64,000 bases of DNA, from assembly GCA_020184695.1 (NCBI GenBank), contig JAANOX010000268.1, forward strand, positions 124,001 to 188,000, in the 5' to 3' direction. The stretch comes from Histomonas meleagridis 2922-C6/04-290x (lineage: Eukaryota; Protista; Parabasalia). Below the pieces are notes generated by a model. It did no database searches. It was not told the origin of the DNA and saw only the letters and a list, made by a program, of their open reading frames with translations. Of the stretch, positions 10,882-22,915 are shown piece by piece. Both the position numbers and the translations under genes were made by a program. Positions within the stretch are counted from its first letter, which is position 1. Each line of letters opens with the position of its first letter.

Positions 10882-13245
10882 ATGGAAAAAGAAAAATTAA
10901 ATAACAAAGATAGCTTACAGGAAACAAATGAGTATTTAATGCGAATAAATGAGAAATTAAAAAATGAAATAGTTTCACTTAAGCAACAATTTAATGAAGC
11001 AATTCAATTACAAAAACAAGTTGAAGAACTCCATTCCAAAAACTCTAAGCTAGCAACTGAACTAAAGGAAGCAAAAGAAGAACGCTTTGAATGTTTACAG
11101 CGAATTCAAGTTAACAATGAAGTCATGGAAAGTCTCAAAAAATCTTTCAAAACAGAAAAGGAAGAACTAAATAATATGTTACATAAAGAACTTTATAATT
11201 CTAAGGAACTCAAGCAAGAAAACAAAAAGTTAAAGCAACTTATTTCCCAACATGCACAAACAACGCAAGAGAATTTCGAACAAAACGAAGCTACTAACAA
11301 AGAAATAAGAACTTTACGTCATGATATTAATGAAATTTTACAATCAGCGCAGTTATATTTTTCAACAATTTTTTCAAATCTCTCGGAATTGAACACATTT
11401 TTGAAGAAAGCCACACCAATGAATTCAAGTGAACAAGAAATAGAACTTCAAAGACAAATAAAACTTAACAAATTATTAAAATCCAAACTTAAATCAACGC
11501 AGCAAAAATATAAAAAATCTAAACAAACAATTGAAGACAACAAAATCATAATGTTAAATCTAAAAGAACAACTCTCCAATCAGAATGAAGAGTTCCAACA
11601 AAAGATACAACAATTAGAAAAGTGCAACAAAACGAACGTTAAAAAAGAGAAAAGTTTTCAAATGCAAAAAGAAGAAGAATTTAATGAGCAAATGACAACG
11701 TTACAAAAGTCACTTGAAAGTGAGAAAGAAAAAGTAAAATCACTTGAAAGCAAACTTCAAAGTCAAGAACAAATTTCGATTATAAATGAAGAAAATTGTT
11801 TAAACACAGAAAACAAATACAAAGAAATTAATAATTTACTTTTAGAGTCACAAAAGCAAAATTCGATATTAACAAATATCATACAAAAACTTAAAACATC
11901 CAAAAAGCAAAAGAAAAAAGAAATCACAAAATTAAATTTCACGTATAATGAGAAAATCAATTATTTAACCAAAGAAAACGAAAAACTAAAACTTGAACTT
12001 GAACGGAATCAAATTGAAAATGAAAACAATAAAATACAAATTAAAGAAATGCAACAAACAAATGAACGAATTAATAGTTTATTAACAGAAGAACAAAACA
12101 AAACAGAAAAAATTAATTCCACGAATAACATATTAAACAAAATATTAGGAAATCAAAATGATGAAATCAAACAATATGTAACAGAACGTAATTTATTCAT
12201 TAAGACAATACAAAAGCAAGAACAAATCATAAGTTATTTAGATAAATTATATATAAACATTAATAATCAAACGAAAGAATTAAAAAATAAAATAAAAGAA
12301 CAACAAAAGAAAATATTACAAAATGAATTTCGTTCAACTTCAATTCAAGAAATGCCATCGATATCATTCATTAGTAAATATTTCCCTAAAGAATTATGTA
12401 TATTAATCACTGATAACATTAAAGTTCAAGAAAACTCTGATATAGAAAAACTCCAAAACATTATGGACTTAATTGCAAAGTATTATAATACGAAATTAGC
12501 AACATTAAAGAAGTTAATCATTGATAAGAATAACTTAAATGAAAATATCATTAAAAAAATCGATAATTTTATGGTTTCGATTTCATCTGTTTTAAATGAC
12601 AAAATGATTACTAAAGAGAATTTTTTAAATGATAATATGAAATGTGATAAAGATATTATTATTAAAGTAACAAAAATTATAAATGAAAAAAATTCATTAA
12701 TTTTGATAAATAATAAAAATGAAAATGATTTAAATCAAATAATGAAAAAATTAAATGTTAAAACTTTTGAGAATGCGATAAGTGAAATTACAAATATATT
12801 AAATTCATTAAATGTGTTAAATAATAAAAATAAAAAATTAAAGAAAAAAATTTCGTTGATGAAAGAAATAATAAAACAAAATCAAAACGAAATTAAAGAA
12901 TTAAAAGAATCAAATCAAAAATATGAAAAAGATAATATAAATATAAATAAAAAATTCGATGAAATTAATAAACAAAAAATAAACGAAAAAAACGATTTCA
13001 TTAATATGTTAAATGAAGCGAAAAAAAATAAAGAAAATGAAATTATAATGTTAAAGCAAAAAATTGATGAAATATGTCTTCAGTTTAATGAACAAATAGA
13101 AAATAAAAATAAACAAATTCAAGAAAACATTGCGCAAATAAATAAATTAGAAGCAGAAACGGAACATTGGAAACAGGCGGTGGAATACTTAAATAACATA
13201 AAACATGAAAACGAAAAAAGAATTAGAAAGTTAGAAAATCAATAA
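10882..13245 (+). CDS. Long coiled-coil protein
   Basis: 787-aa ORF, K/E/Q/N-rich heptad pattern throughout. Confidence 0.75.
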   Translation: MEKEKLNNKDSLQETNEYLMRINEKLKNEIVSLKQQFNEAIQLQKQVEELHSKNSKLATELKEAKEERFECLQRIQVNNEVMESLKKSFKTEKEELNNMLHKELYNSKELKQENKKLKQLISQHAQTTQENFEQNEATNKEIRTLRHDINEILQSAQLYFSTIFSNLSELNTFLKKATPMNSSEQEIELQRQIKLNKLLKSKLKSTQQKYKKSKQTIEDNKIIMLNLKEQLSNQNEEFQQKIQQLEKCNKTNVKKEKSFQMQKEEEFNEQMTTLQKSLESEKEKVKSLESKLQSQEQISIINEENCLNTENKYKEINNLLLESQKQNSILTNIIQKLKTSKKQKKKEITKLNFTYNEKINYLTKENEKLKLELERNQIENENNKIQIKEMQQTNERINSLLTEEQNKTEKINSTNNILNKILGNQNDEIKQYVTERNLFIKTIQKQEQIISYLDKLYININNQTKELKNKIKEQQKKILQNEFRSTSIQEMPSISFISKYFPKELCILITDNIKVQENSDIEKLQNIMDLIAKYYNTKLATLKKLIIDKNNLNENIIKKIDNFMVSISSVLNDKMITKENFLNDNMKCDKDIIIKVTKIINEKNSLILINNKNENDLNQIMKKLNVKTFENAISEITNILNSLNVLNNKNKKLKKKISLMKEIIKQNQNEIKELKESNQKYEKDNININKKFDEINKQKINEKNDFINMLNEAKKNKENEIIMLKQKIDEICLQFNEQIENKNKQIQENIAQINKLEAETEHWKQAVEYLNNIKHENEKRIRKLENQ

Positions 13246-13755
13246 AATAATATAATGTCTGTCAACTCGTTTTTAATTTTTATTTTTTGCTTTTTTTACA
13301 GTTCGACTTCAACAAATATTTTTGGAGATGAGATCGAATTTATTTCCACAAATAACAATTAAAACTTTACTTTTTTGTTTTATATGTAAATCCATCTAAT
13401 CAAATGGGCAGCAACACCGAATGAATGGATAACATCAATCATATATACAACGATAAAACCATCTCCTGTTATAGTACTCTGAACTATAAAAATTCATGGT
13501 GATTATTACATTCTGAGACGAATGCGTCACAAAATGCTAATAGTTAAATTTTACATATCTTTTATTTTTGTTGATTAAATAAGTTCGATTTACATTTATT
13601 GGTATATTTCAAATTTAGTTGTATTTATTAAAAATTATATTTGATACAGCATACTTACCAAAGTGAAACATGAATAAGAACGAATTTAATTTTTATTTAC
13701 ATATTATAATTCATTAACATTAAAATTTTCTATTTATTATATATTATAAATCATT

Positions 13756-15270
13756 CTATGTTTTGCTCTTCCTTGCAAGTTCTTGATGCACAGCATCGCC
13801 CGTGTTCCAATTTTTATTCCAAATCACCACATCCTTATCCCAACCAGGAAGTCCGTAGGTATAAGGTGCCCACAAAATGAATCCAAATATAACAAGAAAG
13901 CATACAAATGCCGCTACAATACCCCTTAAGAATTGAGGTATAAATATATCAATTGCAGCCCCAAAAGCGCAAGATCCCAACATCAGTGGTATCAAGTAGT
14001 GATACAAATACATCGATCTTGGAACTAAGAAAAATGGGAGATATGATACACACCAGCCCAAAGAAAATTTTATAGCAATCAGCCACTTTTCGCTAAACCA
14101 TGCAAAAAACAATGCAAAAACTCCAAAGAAAGCAAAATAATATGTAAACACATTACCCATGCATGCTATTTCCCTATCTTTTTCAAACCAGAAAGCTACC
14201 TTTATATCGGTCAGCAAAGGCCAGCCAATTGGTCTACTTTGATAAGGATGAAATTTTGTAATATGCATATTACCAGTATGCATAATCAGCGTTAATTCAA
14301 GTGATCTCCAAATTAATGAGTGCCCTAACACTCTATTTCCCCAAATTTCATGTCCTATTAGATTTGGGTCAACAAGCTGATGTTGCATATCTGGCGGAAG
14401 ATATCCATTTCCTTGTCCATAGTATGGAAGTACTATAAAATGGATATTAAATGATAAAATATAAATAAAAAAAGCACATAAGAAAAGAACACAACCTCTA
14501 TATATAAGTTCTCTAAAATAAAATGTGGAAAAATGTTTGATCTCATAAAAAAGCTCAATAGAGTGAATGAGTCCATTTAATGCACAGAGCCCTAACGCTG
14601 TGTTTTTACAACTACATGCAGCGCCAAGAGAGAGACCTGTAAGGACTTGCCAAAGTTTATACGAAGTTGTGTTACGTGATAAGGAAAGACTATACGAAAG
14701 AATTGTAAGATGAAGACATGTGAAAAAATGTAAAAGACCATCACTTAAGATAAACTTGCCTTCACATATCATTGAAGTATCAAAGCATATAAGGATTGAT
14801 GTTGTAAGTGAGGAAAATTTGCTGAAAGAGGAAAACCTCATTGTAAGATATAATAATGGAGAACAAAGTGATGAAAAAAATGAAGGCGTAATACGTAGAG
14901 GAACATAAGATTCATCGGAATACTCGCGTGTATTAAAGTCAATGTTCCCATTATATTCTGATAAATTTGCAAAGAAAAACATTATTAATTTACCGAGAGG
15001 TGGATGAATATCAAAAAAGAACTTGGATTTTGTGTACCAATTGGTAAAATTTCCAAAATGAATTTCATCAAAAACGACATTATTTGGATATTGAATTATC
15101 CAAAAATGTAGGACAAATGACACGACGGATACAAGAAAAACAATTAATACATCTGCGTTTTCTAGTTGAACTGTCTGTTTTGTTATTTGTTTTGCTAAAG
15201 GACGCAAAAAATGCATCCTTGTTGAATTAACGTACGCTAAGAGTTGGTAAATCTTCATAAAATCAACCAT
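13756..15270 (-). CDS. Dolichyl-phosphate-sugar:protein O-glycosyltransferase (PMT family, no MIR domain)
   Basis: Motifs VVFDEIHFG, FFFDIHPPLGKL, HPYQSRPIGWPL and YLYHYLIPL; multiple TM helices. Confidence 0.88.
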   Translation of the reverse strand: MVDFMKIYQLLAYVNSTRMHFLRPLAKQITKQTVQLENADVLIVFLVSVVSFVLHFWIIQYPNNVVFDEIHFGNFTNWYTKSKFFFDIHPPLGKLIMFFFANLSEYNGNIDFNTREYSDESYVPLRITPSFFSSLCSPLLYLTMRFSSFSKFSSLTTSILICFDTSMICEGKFILSDGLLHFFTCLHLTILSYSLSLSRNTTSYKLWQVLTGLSLGAACSCKNTALGLCALNGLIHSIELFYEIKHFSTFYFRELIYRGCVLFLCAFFIYILSFNIHFIVLPYYGQGNGYLPPDMQHQLVDPNLIGHEIWGNRVLGHSLIWRSLELTLIMHTGNMHITKFHPYQSRPIGWPLLTDIKVAFWFEKDREIACMGNVFTYYFAFFGVFALFFAWFSEKWLIAIKFSLGWCVSYLPFFLVPRSMYLYHYLIPLMLGSCAFGAAIDIFIPQFLRGIVAAFVCFLVIFGFILWAPYTYGLPGWDKDVVIWNKNWNTGDAVHQELARKSKT

Positions 15271-17686
15271 AACTTGATATCTGAGTCGTTTTGATTAACT
15301 TTCCCGTATTGATTAAGTTTCTTTTTGGATAGTCTATTAAATAGATGTGCTTGATTGGAAAAAAAATTTCATGCATAAGAATTTTGATACTTGAAAAATT
15401 TTTCAAAAATTAAAATTTAAAGAAAAACTAAGTTAAACATATCCATTATATGCGCACTATATAGCTATTCATAAAAAAGTTAATTAACTATTATAATACT
15501 AAGAAATGACCGAAAAATCTACACTTTTCATCAAAAATTTGTAAAATTTCACTAAATCAATCAATATGATGATAATAGCTTGGTAAATAAATTTGTTGTT
15601 GTAAATTAAAAATATTATATATGAAAATCTGTTTTTATTTAAAAATATAATCTACATATGAAAATATAAATGAATAAAATTTCGGTGTTTTGGGATCAAT
15701 TTTAAAAAAGTGGATTTTTTTCCAATATAAAATCATTTTGATTCTTAGACACTCGAAGCAACATATGTATATCGGGTTGTCATTTGGATGCCATTGAAAA
15801 ATATATAGTATAGGATTATTTTTTAAAAAAATATGTGATGATTAAAAAATTTCAATATTTTTTGATGAAGTTTTAATCAAATGAATATTTTGCAACCTTT
15901 TTGTTCTGAGGTATATATCGTAAGTTCAATATTTGCTGTTTCTGAAGCAAATAGCAAAATATCTTTTGCTAACACTCAATTTTTCCAAAGTGAAAAAAAT
16001 GATCAGAAAATCGATTTTTGGAAGCTGGATCATTGGGGCAGGAGTGGGGAATTTGTACTTTTGCACGCAAATCCTGGAGGTTATCAATTCAATTCTTTAC
16101 TTTTTCTGCATAAAGACGATCAAATAATCGGAGTTTTTGAAATTGAGAATTTTAGTGGAGGTTAATTATTTCTAACACATATTTCCGAATTCCTTTGTGG
16201 ATGCACACTTTAATTTATTGAATTACATTTGTCAGATTAAATAATGATCAAAATTTTTATAAATCCGAATATACGGATAGACAAATTATTAATTATTGGT
16301 TTTGAAAAATTCTGTTGTGGAGAATCCTATTTTTTGTTTATAAGTCCATATCCACATGTTTTCAGATGTTTTCACATAGAACTAACAGCTTGACCAATGT
16401 TTTCAACCCCTTTTTAACACAAAATATTTACTCAAATTCATATATACATTTTGAACTCCTCCATGTATACTATACATTATATGCCAAAAGGTATTAAAGA
16501 AAACTTTATTATAACATTTGTAAATACAGTTGTTATTGTATAATCTAGATTATGATCTCTAGATGTCATCCCTTTGGCTTATGTGCAGTTAATGGATTTT
16601 AAATGTTTGGGGCAAAGAGAGTAGTTCTGACTCTAACTGCCAATGAAAAAATCTGATATCAGATATACTACAGAGGTGACACCACCAATTGTTATTACTA
16701 ATAATCGATTGGTTCATATACCGACACAACCCATACTTTTTGTTAGCTACATGTGCATGAATTATACCATGTATTAATTACCCCACAATTATCAAGGAAA
16801 ATCTGATGGACAATATTGAGATATAAAAAAGGTGAATTGGACTTCTTCATTCCATTAACGGTCGCACAAGATTTACGGTTTTATACCAAAATGCAAGCAA
16901 AGCTGTGAGTACAATTAATCATTAGTGTTCTTTTATGCTTTAATATATTCATTTCACGAACTACCAAAACTTTTACTATCATTTTAATTCTTTCTTCATT
17001 CTGGAAAACGTTCTTAAATAATTACGTTTTTCCTCCAAAAACTTTACAAAAATCAATTTTTATTGTATTCTAAATCACTTTTTTCTTTTGTTTCCATTAT
17101 AAAGTTCTTGATATTTTAGCTTTTTCTTTATTATAATTTTCAAAATGCATATTTTTTTCAGTTTTCAAATTGAACGGGTCCTACTAAAATTTTCTTATGA
17201 ATTTTAAATTTTTAATTCTTGTAATTGTAGGGAAAAAAGTGGGTATGTAAATCATTAAATTATAAATAGATGAAATGTCAAAAACATTAAAATACGAATT
17301 TTGAAACAAAAAAAAATCATAATTTATAAAAACATCATTTTTTATTAAATGTACACATCATATAAATAATTATTTTAAAATTGTAATGAATGTAATTTTG
17401 TCTATATTTGATTTTTTTGGAAGCCTACTTATCATTTTATATAATACAAGGCATATTCCAGAAGTACAAAGTACTTGAATTTCAAATATATTGATACTGT
17501 AAAAAAGAGTCAAACCAATAATTTAACAAGACTCATTTAGACATTTTATTCAAAACAAACAATTTTTGGTTTAAAACATATAAAACATTTTTTTTATCGC
17601 CAATATCGATTATGATTTAAAAGAAAAAGAAACTAAATGTGACTTTACTAATTTTTTAGATTATTACGCTTGTTCACAAAATCTCA

Positions 17687-19541
17687 CTAATAAATCTTAT
17701 CATTTTTGTTTTTTTCATGATCATCGAGTAATTTAATTATTTCTGGGTTAAATTGATACATAGCGATTTCACGAGGTTTCATAAATATTTTAAACCAATT
17801 CCAAAAATTATTTTTAAACATAAAATTAAATAAATAAACCATAAATTATATCAACAAACATTCGTAGTAGTGGTATCAATTCCATCTTGTTCAAGAAGTA
17901 ATTTCACCATTTCAGTACAACCATTTTCAATAGCAATCATAAGTGGTGACCAAAATTATTTAAACATATTAAAAACATAACTTTGAAACTCTAAATCATT
18001 AAAATGAATCCAAAACAAAAAATATTATGATGATTTATATCAATACCTTTTTGTTCAAGAAGTAATTTAAATATACCTGTACGACCAAATTCAGCAGCGA
18101 AAATAAGTGCGTTATTCAATATTTTAAACAAATTTCAAATATTTATATAAAACCGAAAATTATTAAAATGAAAATCAAACAAAACAAAAAAATATCTTGA
18201 GCATTAACATCAACACCTTCTTTCCCAAGAAGCATTTTAACCACTTCTATAAAACCATTTTTAGATGCAACAATAAGTGGTGTTTCAAATAAATAAAATA
18301 ATTTCCAAATATTATTTGGAAATTGAAAGTTATTGAAATAAACTTCAAATAACACAAATAAATATTTCGAGCGTTAACATCAACTCCTTGATCAAGAAGT
18401 AATTTAATTACTTGCATATTGCCTGATTCTAAAGAGTATACTAATATATTATTTGGTATTTGATTGTTTTGAATAAAATGTTTAACAAGATATAAATTTC
18501 CAATTCTTGCTGATTCGTTAACAATATCATCATTAATATTCATACCATTTTTCTTGAAGGAACAAAAATATTTTATAATTAAAAGATGTAATACATTTTC
18601 TTTCCTAATTCTTCCAAATTTTTTTAATTCCAATGATTTTTGCTCTCATAAAGATATTTAAAGATATCTTTTTGATGGAATTTAATTGCTATTTCATATC
18701 CTTTTTCAAACGTTGAATGATTTTGTTCACATAAATGCATTATCTCTAAGTTTCCACCAGCAACTGCATATTTTCCTGTATTTTGGACATTTGCGCCATT
18801 AAGTAATAAAAATTTAAAGCATTTAACTGATCCGAAGAATGCAGCAAAATCAATTAATGTAACATTCTTTTCATTAATAAATGAATACCTTTCATAAGCT
18901 GATGGTTCAATATTTTGATTAAAATTAAATTCGTTTTGCGTTGATTTTTCTTGAAGTTTTTCAATCTCATCATATCGTATTATTTTAGCTAATTCATCAG
19001 GATTAATTCCTTCTTCAATTAGCTTCTTATGAAGTTCATATCCAGTCTTTGATGGATCATCAGAATTATTTAGAATATTAATTTTGTTCTGTTCATTATA
19101 ATTTTGATGTGTTTTATAAATAATATTTTGAATTTGATTAGCCATTTCATCATTAAAGAATTTCCCTTCAATCATTTTTTCAATGATATAAATTGATTCT
19201 GTTGTTCTCATTCTTAAAACAAGATCAATAAAAATATCAATGATCTTTTGATTATCTTTGTTTATTTCTTGTTCTTTATCTTGAATTGTTTGTAAATATT
19301 TTAAGGATGTTTCTATTACATTTTTTTGTGCACAAAATGCATAGTAAATCAAATTACTTATAATTAAATTAAATGAGGTTTGAAATTCAGAATCAAATAA
19401 TTCCATTGTTTGTTGTACTGATGAATCAAGATTATTTTCATTTAAATTGAAAATTATATGTTCAATTTTAACAAGTAAATCTAAATATTTATATTGATTC
19501 TTGTTGATTTCGTTTTCGTTGCTGGAGTTCTCCTTTTGCAT
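17687..19541 (-). pseudogene. DUF3447-type ankyrin gene with spacer clusters; frameshifted (pseudogene or assembly errors)
   Basis: Same N-terminal domain as the 5055 gene, with at least two frameshifts around 18545-18640. Decoded repeats are RNESGETPL, QDDSENNAL and TNMYGMKPREIA...; stop at 17689-17687. The cluster at 18023 has a 6-nt deletion. Confidence 0.7.
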
Positions 19542-20567
19542 TTCACCAATTTAATTTGACAAAAATAATTCAATCAATTGAATATGACGAAAAATGCAAC
19601 CGGTTAACATGTTGGGTGACACTGTTTTGAAAAAATTGAATCGGAATCCGATTGTGTTTAACACGCAACGATAAAAACTGATTCAAAAGTGTTTGTGAGA
19701 AAATATTTGCTCATTCAATTGTGTTTCAATAAAAATAATTTCGCTCAAAATATTCTATGGAAATATAAAATGACATATACGATACAACAAAAATTTGAAT
19801 GCTTCTTAATATTATGAATTAATTCAATTTTCAATCAACAATTCGTATCGTTGCATTTAATGATGAATATTACCATACATCAAACCCACAAAAAAAAGTA
19901 CGCTACCTTTTTTCACCGATACCTCTATGAATTCACACTAATATTACTCGAATTTATCAATGCTTATGCATATTTTAATCAGGAGCTATATTACCGAAGC
20001 TTAATAAATCCAAAAAATTATAAATTTAATCATTTCTTAAAATTAATATTCTTAATAATTTCGGATATCCATCATATTATAATATCTTTTACTGGTTGAA
20101 ATTGAAGGGAGAAAATAAAATCTTCATAAGTTAGAACTGTATCAGTGAATATTAAATCATTTTAGGTGCACCTAAAATGAACGGCTTCCAAAATTTTGAA
20201 TAGTTTACTTGATTTTCAGAGAAAATTGAGAACTTTTGATATATTTTTATTCAATCTCATTGAAAAATTTATGTTGATTAATAATTCGATTAATTCTTTA
20301 ATTTTATAATAATCACGAATATAAATTATTGTTTAACTTATAATTTCTTGTTATAAAATTATTTTTAAAGTCTATTATTCATATTTGTTCATATTAATAA
20401 ATTTCATTTTCGAGAAATAAGTATTTTATCAACAGCGATAATTTGAATTGTCCTATTGCCATGTGAAGCTTAATTTTCTATCGGCAGTACAAAAAGTTAT
20501 TTCATTACACATTATTCAAACAAACCGTCGAATCAGCCAAAATTGACAACACTTACATTCATTCTGC

Positions 20568-22271
20568 ATGACCGACAAAACACTCAATTCTCCACTTATC
20601 ACTGAAGAAGATTTACCACCTCCACCACCGCTTCGTCGTGCTGAGGCAGCACAACCAATAGATGCAAATGCTAGGTTTGTTGATCCAGAAATGCCAATTG
20701 ATCCAGCTGCTGATTATCCACCACAAGGTGCCGAAGCATCATCCCCACAAGGAATAAACGTGCGTCCTCAACAACAATTTAAAGGAACATATGATGTTTA
20801 TAACGTACTTTATAATGCAAATGTTTCACCAGCTAATTGGAGCACGTCATCGTGTGATATAACAGACAATTCTGCTGAGTTCTGGGGCAATCCTGAAACC
20901 TTTGAGCCAAACATTTATTCAAATCGTGCATATAGGATGAAACGCTATAACAACTATGTTTTCTCCATTTTTTTCTTCCTCAATCTTATAGTTACAATAA
21001 CAGTTGGATCTGTGGCCATCAGTAGGACCATCCGTTTTACAATTGGAAATGCGCTTGGCATCTGTTTTCTTTTTAGTTTTGTGTTCATTATACTTAATTT
21101 CTTATTCATGTGGTTATTCCCAGAGCTCTATCTTAAGATAGGTGTGTGGATTGAACCTGTCTTTGGAATAATCGGAATGATCATTGGTTGTTGCTGCAAA
21201 TTCTATCTAAGCATTGGATGGTGGGCATTAGTTATAGTTCTTGCCGTCTTTTATTTCTTCTTCACACGTCATAGTATTACATTTTCTAAGTGTTTATTAC
21301 AAATGTCCATCCGTACCCAATTCTTTATGCATCCATCCAACTTTATCTTCTTAGCAAGTAACATAATCCTCATTACATTTGTTGCCATTTATTTTGGCTA
21401 TTCATTTGTTTGCATTAGGTCAGTGTGGTCTTCCAGTGGTATCGCTGCCAACATTTACATGTTTCTGTCAATGGTCTGGATCATTAACACCATTACGAAC
21501 ATGGTATATATGTCATCTGGTTCTGCAGCATCAGCATATTATTACACAAATGGTACAATTTATGACATTAAGTTCCCAATTTCTAAGTCATTACTTAGAA
21601 GCTACTTCTTTAACCTCGGTTCTGCAGCAAGAGCAGCCATTACAGTTCCATTATCAGAGTACATCCACGTTGTCGGACGGTTTGAAGCGCGATCAGTTTT
21701 TGACAGAATCTTTGCCAAAAACGTATCGTCATTTTTTGTGAACTTTATCAAAAAGTTATCGTATGTTGCAGCATTATTTGCCAAGCCGATAGACATCTTA
21801 TTTACCTATCCAACACGCCAAGGGTTATTATATTCTAGTATCTTTGGAGTTCCATTTGATGAAGGATGTCGTCGTTTTGCTGAAATCTCTGTTAAGAATT
21901 ATTGTAATTTATTAAATGAGATCCAAACAATCGGATCAAACCTTGCATTCCATACATTGTCTAATGTAATTATTACTACTTACACAACATATGCTATCTT
22001 AAAGACAATGAATCTTCAAATGGAGCCAAGTGTAGATCGTATCATTTCTTCCAATGTCGCAGCCCCATTAAGCATAGTGTACGCTTACGGAATCGCAATG
22101 GTCTTTAGACAAATGTTAAGAGGTCATTACGAAGGTTTGTTGTTGGGATTCTCCGAATACCCAATAAAACTTAGATCAACAAATAGTGAAATCGCAGAAA
22201 CTTTCGAGCAACAGTTCAAATGGGAACTTCAGGCAAGAAGTTACTCAAACGAAAGAAACGCAGAGAACTGA
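20568..22271 (+). CDS. Choline transporter-like (CTL/SLC44 family) membrane protein
   Basis: Multi-TM protein with family-like segments RSYFFNLGSAARAA and GLLYSSIFGVPFDEGCRR. Confidence 0.7.
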   Translation: MTDKTLNSPLITEEDLPPPPPLRRAEAAQPIDANARFVDPEMPIDPAADYPPQGAEASSPQGINVRPQQQFKGTYDVYNVLYNANVSPANWSTSSCDITDNSAEFWGNPETFEPNIYSNRAYRMKRYNNYVFSIFFFLNLIVTITVGSVAISRTIRFTIGNALGICFLFSFVFIILNFLFMWLFPELYLKIGVWIEPVFGIIGMIIGCCCKFYLSIGWWALVIVLAVFYFFFTRHSITFSKCLLQMSIRTQFFMHPSNFIFLASNIILITFVAIYFGYSFVCIRSVWSSSGIAANIYMFLSMVWIINTITNMVYMSSGSAASAYYYTNGTIYDIKFPISKSLLRSYFFNLGSAARAAITVPLSEYIHVVGRFEARSVFDRIFAKNVSSFFVNFIKKLSYVAALFAKPIDILFTYPTRQGLLYSSIFGVPFDEGCRRFAEISVKNYCNLLNEIQTIGSNLAFHTLSNVIITTYTTYAILKTMNLQMEPSVDRIISSNVAAPLSIVYAYGIAMVFRQMLRGHYEGLLLGFSEYPIKLRSTNSEIAETFEQQFKWELQARSYSNERNAEN

Positions 22272-22915
22272 TCCGACTTTTTGTTTGGTTTATTGTGGAA
22301 AAATTATAATTTTAGTAAAACAAACATTGGTCTGAAATTGTGTGTTTCATAAAATTCGATAGGACAATGTGCATAAAGTTGTTGAGAGTTTGTTTAATGT
22401 TATCTTATGATATGAATGAGAATTGTTGTGATGTTTTGGGTTTGATATTAAATTATTTTTTAAAAATTGGTATAAAACATTTTATAAAAGAAAGAAAATA
22501 AATTTGCAATATTAAAACTAATTATATAGTATTGACTGATGTAGCATTTCTGTGAAATAAAAATTGATTTATAAATATACAGAAATATTTTTCCATGAAA
22601 AAAAATTCTTTTTGCATTTCCTGTAAATATCAGACTAAAGAATCAATTATCGACATATTTTTCAGTTAGATAGTTTGTATTAAAATGAACATTGTGTAAG
22701 TGCTTTTTATGTTTGAGAAGTGTTAAACAAGAATTATTCCATAAGTTGGTTTTCTTCATTTCAAAATTGAATTAATACCTGGTCATTCATTTGCATAAAT
22801 TCGAATTTGTTAGTTAACTACTGAAAAAACTACAATATTGTAATTTGTTCAAAAAGTTTCTATTAAACAAGACTAGTCTTTAGAACGATAAAGCCACGTA
22901 AATAATTCATTCAGA

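Noticed and set aside
16161-16180. GTTAATTATTTCTAACACAT after the 15881-16165 ORF as an intron or 17-nt spacer
   Set aside because: No AG, no 20-nt periodicity, and removal extends the frame only ~14 codons. The 15.9-16.9 kb region looks like an unidentifiable degraded gene.
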